From: Pelagibacteraceae bacterium AG-337-I02
Lineage (GTDB): Bacteria > Pseudomonadota > Alphaproteobacteria > HIMB59 > GCA-002718135
Direction of reading: 5' to 3'
Assembly: GCA_003282155.1 (NCBI GenBank)
Contig: QBZY01000001.1
Span: forward strand, 18,917-82,916
Length of the DNA stretch: 64,000 nucleotides
Shown: positions 48,490 through 58,003 of the stretch, one piece after another
Position numbering within the stretch: the first letter of the stretch is position 1
Layout: each line of letters opens with the position of its first letter
Program-made: the position numbers and the translations under genes
The notes under the pieces: generated by a model
What the model was told of the DNA's origin: nothing
The model's database searches: none
Seen by the model: only the letters and a program-made list of their open reading frames with translations

Positions 48490-49629
48490 GTGGGCACAAT
48501 ATCACTTAAAAATATTTCAAAGTCATTTGGATCTACGCAAGTATTAAACAATTTAAATGTTGATATACAAGATGGCGAATTTTTAACATTAGTTGGTCCA
48601 TCTGGTTGTGGTAAATCTACGTTACTTCGAATCATTGCAGGATTAGAACAACAAACTTCAGGCGATGTATTAATTGATAATAAGAATGTAAATAAAATTA
48701 GAGCCAGCGAGCGAGATCTTGCAATGGTATTTCAATCATACGCTTTATATCCACATTTAACGGTACGAAGAAATTTAGAAACACCTCTAAGACTGAGAGA
48801 TTATAATGCTTTTGAACGCCTTCCTTTGATAGGGAATTTTTCTCCAAACAAAAAAAGTAAAACTGAGTCTATCAATCAATTAGTTAATAAAACATCTGAA
48901 ACACTTCAGATTTCTGAACTACTGGATAGAAAACCAGGACAATTATCGGGAGGCCAAAGACAAAGAGTAGCTCTTGGTCGCGCAATGGTAAGAGAACCTG
49001 TTGCATTCTTAATGGATGAACCGCTATCAAATTTAGATGCTGCTCTAAGAGTGCATATGCGATCCGAATTATCAGAACTTCATAATTCACTTAAAACAAC
49101 ATTTGTTTATGTAACGCATGATCAAGCAGAAGCATTGACAATGTCTTCTCGTATGGCGGTAATGATTGATGGAAATTTATTACAACTAGATACACCTCAA
49201 GAAGTTTATGATAATCCTTCATCATTAAGTGTTGCTCAATTTGTTGGTAGTCCTAAAATAAATATTTTTAATGGATCTTCAGATTCTAGTGGAACTGTTA
49301 ATTTTTTAAATGTTAACCTGAAAAGAAAAAGTTCTGAAAGTAATTCAGATTTACACATAGGAATTCGACCAGAACATTTAGAAATTACTAATAATAAAGA
49401 TGAAAACACATTTAGTGGCACTGTTGCTTACAGAGAAAATTTAGGATCAGATATATACTTCCATGTTAATATAGAAGACAACTCAAAAAAAATAATTGTA
49501 AGAGGCTTACCTCAATTTACACATCAAATTACAAATGGTTCAAGTGTAAATATCAAGAGAGATTCAAATAAAGCATTGTTATTTAATCAAACAGGGATGA
49601 GGATTCATTTTAATAATGCAATGGGATAA
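48490..49629 (+). CDS. ABC transporter ATP-binding protein, UgpC/MalK type with a C-terminal regulatory domain
   Basis: 379 aa. Walker A GPSGCGKST, signature LSGGQRQRVALGRA, Walker B FLMDEPLSNLD. GTG start behind GGGGGGAG. Confidence 0.93.
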   Translation: MGTISLKNISKSFGSTQVLNNLNVDIQDGEFLTLVGPSGCGKSTLLRIIAGLEQQTSGDVLIDNKNVNKIRASERDLAMVFQSYALYPHLTVRRNLETPLRLRDYNAFERLPLIGNFSPNKKSKTESINQLVNKTSETLQISELLDRKPGQLSGGQRQRVALGRAMVREPVAFLMDEPLSNLDAALRVHMRSELSELHNSLKTTFVYVTHDQAEALTMSSRMAVMIDGNLLQLDTPQEVYDNPSSLSVAQFVGSPKINIFNGSSDSSGTVNFLNVNLKRKSSESNSDLHIGIRPEHLEITNNKDENTFSGTVAYRENLGSDIYFHVNIEDNSKKIIVRGLPQFTHQITNGSSVNIKRDSNKALLFNQTGMRIHFNNAMG

Positions 49630-49644
49630 GGATAACATTTACTA

Positions 49645-50601
49645 ATGCATAATTCAAAAGCGCATCTATGGTTTATTGCCCCTGCAATAATACTCATGAT
49701 AATTATTTTAATCTTTCCTCTTTTTCTTGCAGGTGGAATTTCCTTTACTGATTATAATCTAGGCAACAAAACATTCGAATGGATTGGGTTAGAGAACTAT
49801 GACAAAATGTTTAACCGAAAAACTTATGTGAAAATGATTTGGGCGACAGCCACGTATGTAATTGTTGTGGTGCCTATTTCAGTTATACTTGGTTTATGTG
49901 CAGCGATGCTCTTAAATTCTCTACGATTTGGTGCTGACATATATAAAACTATTTTCTTTCTTCCAGTTATGGCGACGCTTCTGGCAATGGCTATTGCTTG
50001 GGAATTCACTCTTCACCCAACTCTTGGGATAGTAAATAATTTTTTAGCTAATGGTTGTGGTGGTGCAAGAGAATTTATTTTTGGTTTTCATTGGTTGCCA
50101 TGGGTAGACTCAGAACAAAGTTGGTATGCAGTGGCGTGTGCAAATAATATGGACTTTCCTTATTGGTTAAAACAAAAAAATACTGCCATTTGGACTGTGT
50201 GTTTTATTGGAATATGGCAAGCCTTTGGTTTCAATATGGTTTTATATTTAGCCGGATTAACAGGTATACCAAGAGAATTATACCAAGCTGCAGAAATGGA
50301 TGGGGCTAAATCAACATGGGAACAATTTAAACTTGTGACATGGCCAATGCTTGGTCCAACAACTTTATTTGTTGTAACCATAACGACTATTAGAACCTTT
50401 CAAGTTTTTGATACAATTGAAATACTCACAAAAGGTGGTCCATCTAAAACAACCTACGTTATGATGTATGCAATTTTTGAAAAAGCTATTCAACAAAATT
50501 TAACAAGTATTGGTGCGGCTATCACAGTTGTCTTCATTGGCTTTATATTGATATTAACTTTCTTCCAAAGATATATCATTGAGAAAAGGGTTCATTATTG
50601 A
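49645..50601 (+). CDS. ABC transporter permease (UgpA/MalF-like)
   Basis: 318 aa, 6 TM, EAA loop YQAAEMDGAKSTWEQFKLVTWPML. Confidence 0.9.
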   Translation: MHNSKAHLWFIAPAIILMIIILIFPLFLAGGISFTDYNLGNKTFEWIGLENYDKMFNRKTYVKMIWATATYVIVVVPISVILGLCAAMLLNSLRFGADIYKTIFFLPVMATLLAMAIAWEFTLHPTLGIVNNFLANGCGGAREFIFGFHWLPWVDSEQSWYAVACANNMDFPYWLKQKNTAIWTVCFIGIWQAFGFNMVLYLAGLTGIPRELYQAAEMDGAKSTWEQFKLVTWPMLGPTTLFVVTITTIRTFQVFDTIEILTKGGPSKTTYVMMYAIFEKAIQQNLTSIGAAITVVFIGFILILTFFQRYIIEKRVHY

Positions 50602-51494
50602 TGGAAGCTAAACAGTATATTGGAGAAGGTTGGAAACATGCAATATTAATTGTTGGTGCAATTGTTGTGTTGTTACCTTTTTATATGATGGTTTCAATGT
50701 CATTAAAATCGCAACAAGAAATTCAATCTATTTCTGGAGGTTTAATTGGTGCACAAGAAACTCAGACATTTCCCGTATGTGTAAAAACTGGATACTCAGA
50801 AGAAGAATGCACAATGAAACCATATAAATATAACTATTGGTTTGCTTTCGAAAAGGCTCCTATTCCAAGATACTTGATGAATGGTGTTATTGTTACTTTA
50901 TCAATTTTTATTATTCAGGTTCTTGTTGCCTTACCGTGTGCCTACGCACTGGCCAAACTTAGATTTTATGGACGAGAATTTGTTTTCTCGATGGTTCTAT
51001 TTTGTTTACTCATTCCAGTGCATGGAATAGCACTTCCACTTTATGTCATGCTTGCCCAGGCAGGTTTGGTCGATACCTATTCTGCCTTAATACTCCCCTG
51101 GACAATATCGGTGTTTGGAATTTTTCTAATGCGGCAATTTTTTATGACAGTCCCAGATGAATTAATTGACGCCGCCAGGATGGATGGAATGGGAGAGTAT
51201 GCAATTGTCTGGAAGGTGATGCTTCCGACTGCAATCCCGGCGTTACTTGCCTTTGCTATTTTCTCAGTAGTTGCACACTGGAATGATTATTTCTGGCCTC
51301 GAATGGTAATTACTGGAAATAGAGATCTCTTTACACCACCTCTTGGTATCAGAGAATTTAGAGGGGGAATTGATAGTGATGAGTTTGGTCCAATGATGGC
51401 TTCAATTGTTACAGTTACAGTGCCTCTCATTGTTGCTTTTATAATTGCACAAAAAAGATTTATTGAAGGAATTACTTTAACAGGAATGAAGTAA
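50598..51494 (+). CDS. ABC transporter permease (UgpE/MalG-like)
   Basis: 298 aa, EAA loop IDAARMDGMGEYAIVWKVMLP. 4-nt overlap with the preceding permease gene. Confidence 0.9.
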   Translation: MMEAKQYIGEGWKHAILIVGAIVVLLPFYMMVSMSLKSQQEIQSISGGLIGAQETQTFPVCVKTGYSEEECTMKPYKYNYWFAFEKAPIPRYLMNGVIVTLSIFIIQVLVALPCAYALAKLRFYGREFVFSMVLFCLLIPVHGIALPLYVMLAQAGLVDTYSALILPWTISVFGIFLMRQFFMTVPDELIDAARMDGMGEYAIVWKVMLPTAIPALLAFAIFSVVAHWNDYFWPRMVITGNRDLFTPPLGIREFRGGIDSDEFGPMMASIVTVTVPLIVAFIIAQKRFIEGITLTGMK

Positions 51495-51503
51495 GATAGT
51501 CTT

Positions 51504-52346
51504 TTGTCTATCAATTTTATTTTTCTTTTAATTATTTTTTCTGCACTTTGTCACGCTATTTGGAGTGCCATAATTAAATCAAGTAAAAATCCCTTATCAC
51601 TAATGGGAATTACTTCTATCTTAGAAGTAGTCATTTTTTTTCCTTTAACATTCACTGTTCCTTTTCCCTCAATGGAAGTTTGGTATTTTCTCATAGCAAC
51701 CGTAATCATTCATGTTTTTTATAGATTGAATGTAATTTATTCTTATAGGTACGGTGACCTATCCTACATCTATCCAATTTCTAGAGGAAGTTCATGTTTA
51801 TTTGTTGCTATCATTAGTATTTTGTTTTTAAGTTCTGATATTAGTATTGCTGGCTTTGTTGGAATATTAATTGTTTGTATTGGGTTATTTTTAATATCGT
51901 ATTCAAAAAAATTATTGTTTAACTTTAGAGGTTTTTCTCTTGCCATTTCAACTGCTATTTTAATTACTGCATATACATTAGTTGACGGAGTCGGGGTTAG
52001 GCTTTCAGAAAATGGTTTTTCTTATATTTATTGGCTCTTCACTCTAAATGGCATTCCTTTATTAGTTATAGGTTTAATTTCTAAGAATGGATTGCGAAAA
52101 AGAGAAACGTATAATTTTAGTTCTGGTATAGTAGCAGGTATATTTGCAACAAGCAGTTATGCGATAGTTGTTTGGAGTATGCAGTTTATAGAAATAGCGT
52201 ATGTCTCAAGCATCAGAGAAATCAGTATTGTTTTTGCCGCTATTATTGGAATGGTTTTTTTATTTGAGAAGAATGCGAAATCTCGAATAATACCTTCTAT
52301 TTTAATAGTGAGTGGTATTTCGGTTGTTTATTTTCAAATTCTTTAG
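51504..52346 (+). CDS. EamA/DMT-family transporter
   Basis: 280 aa, about 10 TM. TTG start 9 nt after the permease stop, so probably the last gene of the ABC operon. Confidence 0.68.
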   Translation: MSINFIFLLIIFSALCHAIWSAIIKSSKNPLSLMGITSILEVVIFFPLTFTVPFPSMEVWYFLIATVIIHVFYRLNVIYSYRYGDLSYIYPISRGSSCLFVAIISILFLSSDISIAGFVGILIVCIGLFLISYSKKLLFNFRGFSLAISTAILITAYTLVDGVGVRLSENGFSYIYWLFTLNGIPLLVIGLISKNGLRKRETYNFSSGIVAGIFATSSYAIVVWSMQFIEIAYVSSIREISIVFAAIIGMVFLFEKNAKSRIIPSILIVSGISVVYFQIL

Positions 52347-52381
52347 TTAAAAAACATAGACATTTTGGGTTAAAATTTTAT

Positions 52382-52552
52382 ATGAGTTTTATGGCAGATG
52401 ATATTGTTGAAGTTGATCCTAAAACTGAAACTATCTCTTGCGATGGTGGTGAAGATGGTTTAGGACATCCGGCAGTTTATTATACCTTTAATAATGAGAA
52501 CAAAATTGTCTGTGGTTATTGTGGTAAGATATTTATAAGAAAAGAATTGTAA
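52382..52552 (+). CDS. Small CHCC-type zinc-finger protein (56 aa; below the ORF-track cutoff)
   Basis: My translation is MSFMADDIVEVDPKTETISCDGGEDGLGHPAVYYTFNNENKIVCGYCGKIFIRKEL. The C...H...CxxC pattern matches small alphaproteobacterial / NDUFS6-like zinc-finger proteins. Confidence 0.6.
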   Translation: MSFMADDIVEVDPKTETISCDGGEDGLGHPAVYYTFNNENKIVCGYCGKIFIRKEL

Positions 52553-52553
52553 A

Positions 52554-52907
52554 ATGTATAAAGAATCCTGGGGTAGCAAAAGAATATGTCCTTTATGTAG
52601 TAAACAATACTATGATTTAGGAAGATCAGAACTTGAATGTCCTGAGTGTGGTAAATTAATTGAAGTTACTACATTAACCAGACCAAGACGTGGTAGAAAA
52701 CCAGGGAGTACAAACACAGCTCCTCTAACAAATCCAACTCCTCCAAAACCAAAAGAAAAAGATGATGATCTTGATATCGATAGTTTGGATGTAGATAACA
52801 ATGAGGACAATCTCGAGGATGATACTGTTTTATTAGAAGACGAAACAGAAATTGATCCAATAGCCGAAGGTATCAAGCCTAAAGAAGACGGCGAAGAAGA
52901 ATACTAA
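52554..52907 (+). CDS. FYDLN_acid-family zinc-ribbon protein with an acidic tail
   Basis: 117 aa. CPLCSKQYYDLG...CPECG zinc ribbon, a basic linker and a D/E-rich C-terminus. Confidence 0.7.
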   Translation: MYKESWGSKRICPLCSKQYYDLGRSELECPECGKLIEVTTLTRPRRGRKPGSTNTAPLTNPTPPKPKEKDDDLDIDSLDVDNNEDNLEDDTVLLEDETEIDPIAEGIKPKEDGEEEY

Positions 52908-52928
52908 AATTTAATAAAAACTTAAAAG

Positions 52929-54167
52929 ATGTTTAAGGTACTACAAAACTCTTGGGCTCTTTTTTTTGGCTTTGCTTTAATTAGTCTTGGTCATGGTTTA
53001 CAAGGAACACTAATTGGTGTTCGTTCTGTTTTAGAAGGTTTTAGTTTTTTTGCATCAGGACTTATTATAGCTGGTTATTACGTTGGATACTTAACAGGCG
53101 CATTAACAATTCCAATTTTTTTACAACGTGTTGGCCACATAAGAGTTTTTGCTGCTTTGGCATCTCTTGCCTCTATCGCTATATTATTACACTCAGTATT
53201 TGTTCATCCATATTCATGGATGTTTATACGAATATTAACCGGTTTAAGTCTTGCTGGAATTTATGTGATCATGGAGAGTTGGTTGAATGAAAAATCAACT
53301 AATCAAACTCGCGGTCAATTACTTTCCGTTTACATGATTATTACTTTTATATTTGTTGGAGCAGGACAATTTTTATTAAATTTAGGTGATCCAGCTAAAG
53401 TTGATTTATTTATTTTAGTATCAATCTTATTATCATTCGCACTTCTTCCTATTCTTTTATCTTCAACAGAACAACCTAATACAGAAAGTCCTAAATTTTT
53501 TTCTTTAAGAGAATTTTATACTGTTTCACCTTTAGGTTTTGTTGGGGCATTAGCAACTGGTTTATCGCATAGTGCAGTTTTTGGGTACGGTGCAATTTAT
53601 GCATCATCTATTAATTTAAGCTTATTTGAAATTTCTCTGTATATGATGATTATAACATCAGCTGGCGCCCTATCTCAATGGCCTATTGGATATTTATCAG
53701 ATAGAATTGATAGACGTGTTATTCTTATTGGTGTTTCTTTTATGGCTTCAGGTTTGAGTTTATTTTTTGTTTTTGCAAACTTTATGCCACTAATATTATT
53801 CTTAATTTTTACTGGTCTTTTTTCAGTTGCATGTTTACCAATGTATTCACTTACGGTTGCTCATACAAATGACTTCTTACAACCTAATGAGATAGTATCA
53901 GCAAGTGCAACCTTTGGTATACTTATTGGTATTGGATCAATAATCGGACCTTTGTTTGTTTCTGGATTCATGGAAATTATGGGAGCGGTAGGTTTTTATA
54001 TCTATTTATTTTTAATACACGGACTACTAGGATTATTTGGTTTGTATAGAATGACACAAAGAACTAAACCACGTGATCTTGAATCACAATACAATCCTTT
54101 ACCACGAAATATTAGCCCTGCCGGTATGGAAATGAACCCCGTTACTGGGCCAATTGAGGACGAGTAA
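52929..54167 (+). CDS. MFS transporter
   Basis: 412 aa with 12 predicted TM segments and an MFS loop motif (LSDRIDRR). Confidence 0.75.
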   Translation: MFKVLQNSWALFFGFALISLGHGLQGTLIGVRSVLEGFSFFASGLIIAGYYVGYLTGALTIPIFLQRVGHIRVFAALASLASIAILLHSVFVHPYSWMFIRILTGLSLAGIYVIMESWLNEKSTNQTRGQLLSVYMIITFIFVGAGQFLLNLGDPAKVDLFILVSILLSFALLPILLSSTEQPNTESPKFFSLREFYTVSPLGFVGALATGLSHSAVFGYGAIYASSINLSLFEISLYMMIITSAGALSQWPIGYLSDRIDRRVILIGVSFMASGLSLFFVFANFMPLILFLIFTGLFSVACLPMYSLTVAHTNDFLQPNEIVSASATFGILIGIGSIIGPLFVSGFMEIMGAVGFYIYLFLIHGLLGLFGLYRMTQRTKPRDLESQYNPLPRNISPAGMEMNPVTGPIEDE

Positions 54168-54747
54168 GTCTTTTAAATATTCTATGAAGTAATAAGAGGA
54201 TAATTATTCCCATATAAATGACTGGTTCGGTTTTATCAGCACGAACTAAAACATAAAAATGCATACTAGCTAGAATGGCTACTGGGTAAATTAAATAATG
54301 AATTTTCTTCCATAATTTAAAACCTAATCGTTTAATCATATTGTTTGTTGAAGTGCTAGCAAGTGGGATTAAAAAAAGAAAACTTATAAAACCAAAAGTT
54401 ATAAATGGTCTTTTTATAATATCTTGTATGATAAATTGTATATCTAAAAAATGATCTAAAACTATGTAAGTGGAGAAATGCAAACAGACATAATAGAAAG
54501 CAAAAAGTCCAATCATTCTTCGTAAGACAACTATCGATTTTAAAGGTTTAATATTTGATAGAGTAGTAATCATAAGAGTTATTATTATTAATCTGAGTGC
54601 CATTAGACCTAACTCATCCATTAGTTTTTCAATTGGATTTACTCCAAGATTTCCAGTAACAAATTGGTATGCCCAGAGTAGACTAGGAAATAGAATTAAA
54701 ACAAATAAGACAGGTTTACTGAAGTTAAAATTTCTTGTTGAAAACAT
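54142..54747 (-). CDS. msrQ: Protein-methionine-sulfoxide reductase heme-binding subunit MsrQ (YedZ)
   Basis: 201 aa, 6 TM, ferric-reductase-like His pattern. 3 nt after msrP. Confidence 0.85.
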   Translation of the reverse strand: MFSTRNFNFSKPVLFVLILFPSLLWAYQFVTGNLGVNPIEKLMDELGLMALRLIIITLMITTLSNIKPLKSIVVLRRMIGLFAFYYVCLHFSTYIVLDHFLDIQFIIQDIIKRPFITFGFISFLFLIPLASTSTNNMIKRLGFKLWKKIHYLIYPVAILASMHFYVLVRADKTEPVIYMGIIILLLLHRIFKRLTRPQLAQ

Positions 54748-54750
54748 TCT

Positions 54751-55668
54751 TTAATAAAATTTAGTCAAATCTAAATTTTTATAAAGATGGGCTACTTCTT
54801 CTTCATAGCCATTAAACATAAGTGTTTCTCTTCTTTTAAACTCTCCAATTCGTCTTTCTGTTCCTTGACTCCATCTTGGATGATTAACATTAGGATTAAC
54901 GTTAGCATAAAAACCATATTCCCAAGGAGCTAAAGTTTCCCAAGATGTTTCAGGTTGAGTATCTAAAAATCTAATTTCTACAATTGATTTAATTGATTTG
55001 AAACCATACTTCCATGGAACAACTAATCTTATGGGTGCACCATTTTGATTAGGCATTTCATGGCCATACAATCCAGTTGCTAATATTGTTAGAGGATTCA
55101 TTGCTTCATCCATTCGAAGCCCTTCTCTATATGGCCAAATTATTGTTCTCTTTTGCTGACCTGGCATCTCTTCCGGTCTGAACACAGTTACAAATTGAAC
55201 ATAATTTGCTGAGCTTAAAGGTTCAGCCATTTTTATAAGTTCAGATAGTTGAAAGCCTTGCCAAGGAATGACCATGGACCAAGCTTCAACACATCTTAAT
55301 CGATATACTCTATCTTCTATTGTTACATTTGATAAAATTTTTTCTAAGTCAAATGTTTGAGGCTTTTTTACAAGACCATCTATTTTTATTGTCCACGGTC
55401 TAGGCTTGAAATTTCCAGAGTTTAAATGGGGATGTTTTTTATGAGTGCCGAACTCATAAAAATTATTATATGTTGTGATTTCTTCATAAGAATTAAGTTT
55501 ATCGTTTCCATTTAAATTTTTACTATAAATTGAAAGATCACTTTGATGATTTGCAAATGCTGATGATGTAACAGTAGCTAGCATAGTACTAGCCAAAGAT
55601 CCCTTTATAAACTTTCGTCTATTTAAATATGTCTTATAGGGTGTGATTTCAGATCCTAAAATTTTCAT
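54751..55668 (-). CDS. msrP: Periplasmic protein-methionine-sulfoxide reductase molybdopterin subunit MsrP (YedY)
   Basis: 305 aa. Tat signal NRRKFIKGSLA and a sulfite-oxidase-fold core (RCVEAWSMVIPWQG). Confidence 0.9.
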   Translation of the reverse strand: MKILGSEITPYKTYLNRRKFIKGSLASTMLATVTSSAFANHQSDLSIYSKNLNGNDKLNSYEEITTYNNFYEFGTHKKHPHLNSGNFKPRPWTIKIDGLVKKPQTFDLEKILSNVTIEDRVYRLRCVEAWSMVIPWQGFQLSELIKMAEPLSSANYVQFVTVFRPEEMPGQQKRTIIWPYREGLRMDEAMNPLTILATGLYGHEMPNQNGAPIRLVVPWKYGFKSIKSIVEIRFLDTQPETSWETLAPWEYGFYANVNPNVNHPRWSQGTERRIGEFKRRETLMFNGYEEEVAHLYKNLDLTKFY

Positions 55669-55719
55669 ACTAGTAATATATATCTTAAATATTAAAATTG
55701 AAGTTTTGCTTCAATAATT

Positions 55720-56127
55720 CTAACTCTTAAAATGGGAATTATATTTTTTTAGTAATTTTTCTGGCCATGTACTTTTAATAAATTCGATAATAGACCAAAC
55801 ATCATCATCTGATAACGTTTCATTACCAAGCATTTTTCCTTCATAATCAGGAATTATTTTTTTAAAACCATATTTAGTGACCTGAAATTAATATTTAGGG
55901 GAGTGATGCCAGGTATGACCTGTGCCATTAAGCGGAGGCGCTCTTCGATGACCATCTTCATCTAAAGATTTATTCCACTATTCATGACCAGCTAAATTAC
56001 CCATATGACAGCCAGCACAATTTTCAGCATATAATTTCATCCCTTTAAAAACATCAATTTCTGCTGCATGAATACTTGGTCCAATACATAATATTGTAAT
56101 TGTTGAAATTAATTTAAAAGATTGCAT
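55720..56127 (-). pseudogene. Class I c-type cytochrome gene interrupted by two in-frame stop codons
   Basis: My translation gives 135 codons in a single frame. It has a signal peptide MQSFKLISTITILCIGPSIHA and heme motif CAGCH. There is a TAG at codon 50 (55978-55980) and a TAA at codon 80 (55888-55890), and a cytochrome-like sequence continues after each stop. No ORF of 60 aa or more is listed here in the track. Confidence 0.8.
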
Positions 56128-56195
56128 TCTATTTATATAATTTTTTAGATTTATATTTCATTACAAATCTATCTTTTTTTTGATAGGATGAATTA

Positions 56196-57986
56196 ATGAA
56201 AAAAATTCTCATTATTTTTGTCCTTTTAGCTTCAATAATTTCTTTTAATAATCATGCATACAGTGAAAAGGTTCACGGCATTGCAATGCATGGAATACCA
56301 AAGTATACCAGTGATTTTGAAAATCTAGATTATGTAAACCCAAACGCACCTAAGGGTGGTACTGTGAAATTTGGATCATATGGATCTTTTGATAATCTTA
56401 ATAGAGTAGCTTTTAAAGGCTCTAAAGCTGCTGGCCTTGGTTACGTCAATGATACATTAATGAGAAGAGTTTGGGATGAAGCTTTCTCTCTCTATGGATT
56501 GATAGCTGAGAAGGTTGAACTACCTGAAGACAGATCATCTATAACTTTTTATTTAAATTCAAATGCAACCTTTCATGATGGCTCACCAATAACACGTGAT
56601 GACATATTATTTAGTTTAAAAACGTTTCAAACAAAAGGTACTCCAAATCAAAAAAAAACTTATGGCAAAGTTGTTAAAACTGAATTGATTGGAAATGACG
56701 GAATAAAAATGATCTTTGAAAATAATGAAGATAAAGAATTGCCCCTTATTATTGCAGGCTTTCTTCCTATCATTCCAAAAAAGTTTTATGAAAATCTTGA
56801 TGTTACAAAAACATTTTTAGATGTCCCGCTAGGTAGTGGACCATACCAGGTTGATAGTCTGGATCCAGGGCGTCAAATAAAATACAAACGCGTTGAAAAT
56901 TACTGGGCAAAAGATTTACCAGTGAATAAAGGTCTCTATAATTTTGATACAATTATTTATGATTATTACAAAGACTCAAATGTCTTAGTTGAGGCTTTTA
57001 AGGTTGGTGAATACGACTTTAGAAGAGAGTACAACGTAAAACGTTGGTTATCAGAATATGATTTCAAAGCTGTCCAGAATGGCAAAGTAATACTTACAGA
57101 AATGAATAACGATAGACCTGTTGGAATGAATGGTCTTGTGATGAATACAAGACGTGACATATTTAATAATAGAAATGTAAGGCTTGCTTTAAGTTATGCC
57201 TATGATCATGAATGGATTAATAAAACAATATATCAAAATGCATATGTCAGAACAGATAGTTATTTTGATAATTCACCATTAGCTTCTTCAGGCCTGCCAT
57301 CAAAAAATGAGTTAGAATTATTGAATGTATGGAAAGATGAAATTCCAGCTGAAGTATTTACAGAAACATTTACTCCGCCTACTACAGATGGAAGTGGTAA
57401 CGATCGTAAAAATTTATTGAAAGCAAAAGAAATACTGGAAAATGAAGGATGGAATATTGAAAATGGAAAACTGTTCAAAGATGGGCAAGAATTTAAGTTT
57501 GAGTTCCTGATTGTCAGTCCTTCAGATGAAAAAATAGCTTTAGCATATCAAAGTAACTTGAAAAAACTTGGCATTACTATGGATGTTAGGACAGTTGATT
57601 CCTCACAATATCAAGAACGTCTTTTAAGTTATGATTTTGATATGATTAAGAGATATTGGGGAGTCAGTTTAAGTCCAGGAAATGAGCAACAATTTTATTG
57701 GGGGTCAGAAGTTGGTCAAAAAGATGGGAGCAGAAATTATCCTGGTATTAATAGTCCAGCAGTTGATGCATTAATTGAAAAACTAATAAATGCCTCAAAT
57801 AGACAAGAGTTAACTACTGCAATTCACGCGCTTGATAGGGTTTTATTATGGGGTCACTATGTTGTTCCACTCTATCATAGTAACAAAGATCGAATTGCTT
57901 ATTGGGATTTTTTTGAGTATCCCGATGAAATTCCACTTTACGGGATAGTAATTGAATCTTGGTGGATTAATAAAGATAAACAATAA
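56196..57986 (+). CDS. ABC transporter substrate-binding protein, family 5 (peptide/opine, YejA-like)
   Basis: 596 aa with a signal peptide and family-5 SBP architecture. No cognate permease or ATPase genes are adjacent. Confidence 0.83.
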   Translation: MKKILIIFVLLASIISFNNHAYSEKVHGIAMHGIPKYTSDFENLDYVNPNAPKGGTVKFGSYGSFDNLNRVAFKGSKAAGLGYVNDTLMRRVWDEAFSLYGLIAEKVELPEDRSSITFYLNSNATFHDGSPITRDDILFSLKTFQTKGTPNQKKTYGKVVKTELIGNDGIKMIFENNEDKELPLIIAGFLPIIPKKFYENLDVTKTFLDVPLGSGPYQVDSLDPGRQIKYKRVENYWAKDLPVNKGLYNFDTIIYDYYKDSNVLVEAFKVGEYDFRREYNVKRWLSEYDFKAVQNGKVILTEMNNDRPVGMNGLVMNTRRDIFNNRNVRLALSYAYDHEWINKTIYQNAYVRTDSYFDNSPLASSGLPSKNELELLNVWKDEIPAEVFTETFTPPTTDGSGNDRKNLLKAKEILENEGWNIENGKLFKDGQEFKFEFLIVSPSDEKIALAYQSNLKKLGITMDVRTVDSSQYQERLLSYDFDMIKRYWGVSLSPGNEQQFYWGSEVGQKDGSRNYPGINSPAVDALIEKLINASNRQELTTAIHALDRVLLWGHYVVPLYHSNKDRIAYWDFFEYPDEIPLYGIVIESWWINKDKQ

Positions 57987-58003
57987 ATTTACATAAATTT
58001 TCT

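Noticed and set aside
38297-51494. The phosphonate/ABC genes look less AT-rich than their surroundings (about 42% GC in a 60-nt sample of the SBP gene), suggesting horizontal acquisition.
   Set aside because: A comparable sample inside pnp gives about 37% GC, so conserved or highly expressed core genes reach similar values. Hand-counted 60-nt samples cannot support an HGT claim. A windowed GC and codon-usage calculation over the genome is required.
55888-55980. Programmed recoding (selenocysteine, pyrrolysine or read-through) of the two stops in the cytochrome c gene.
   Set aside because: The stops are TAG and TAA, not TGA. No pyl genes or SECIS-like context are apparent in this window. Two different stop types in one small gene fit mutation better than recoding.
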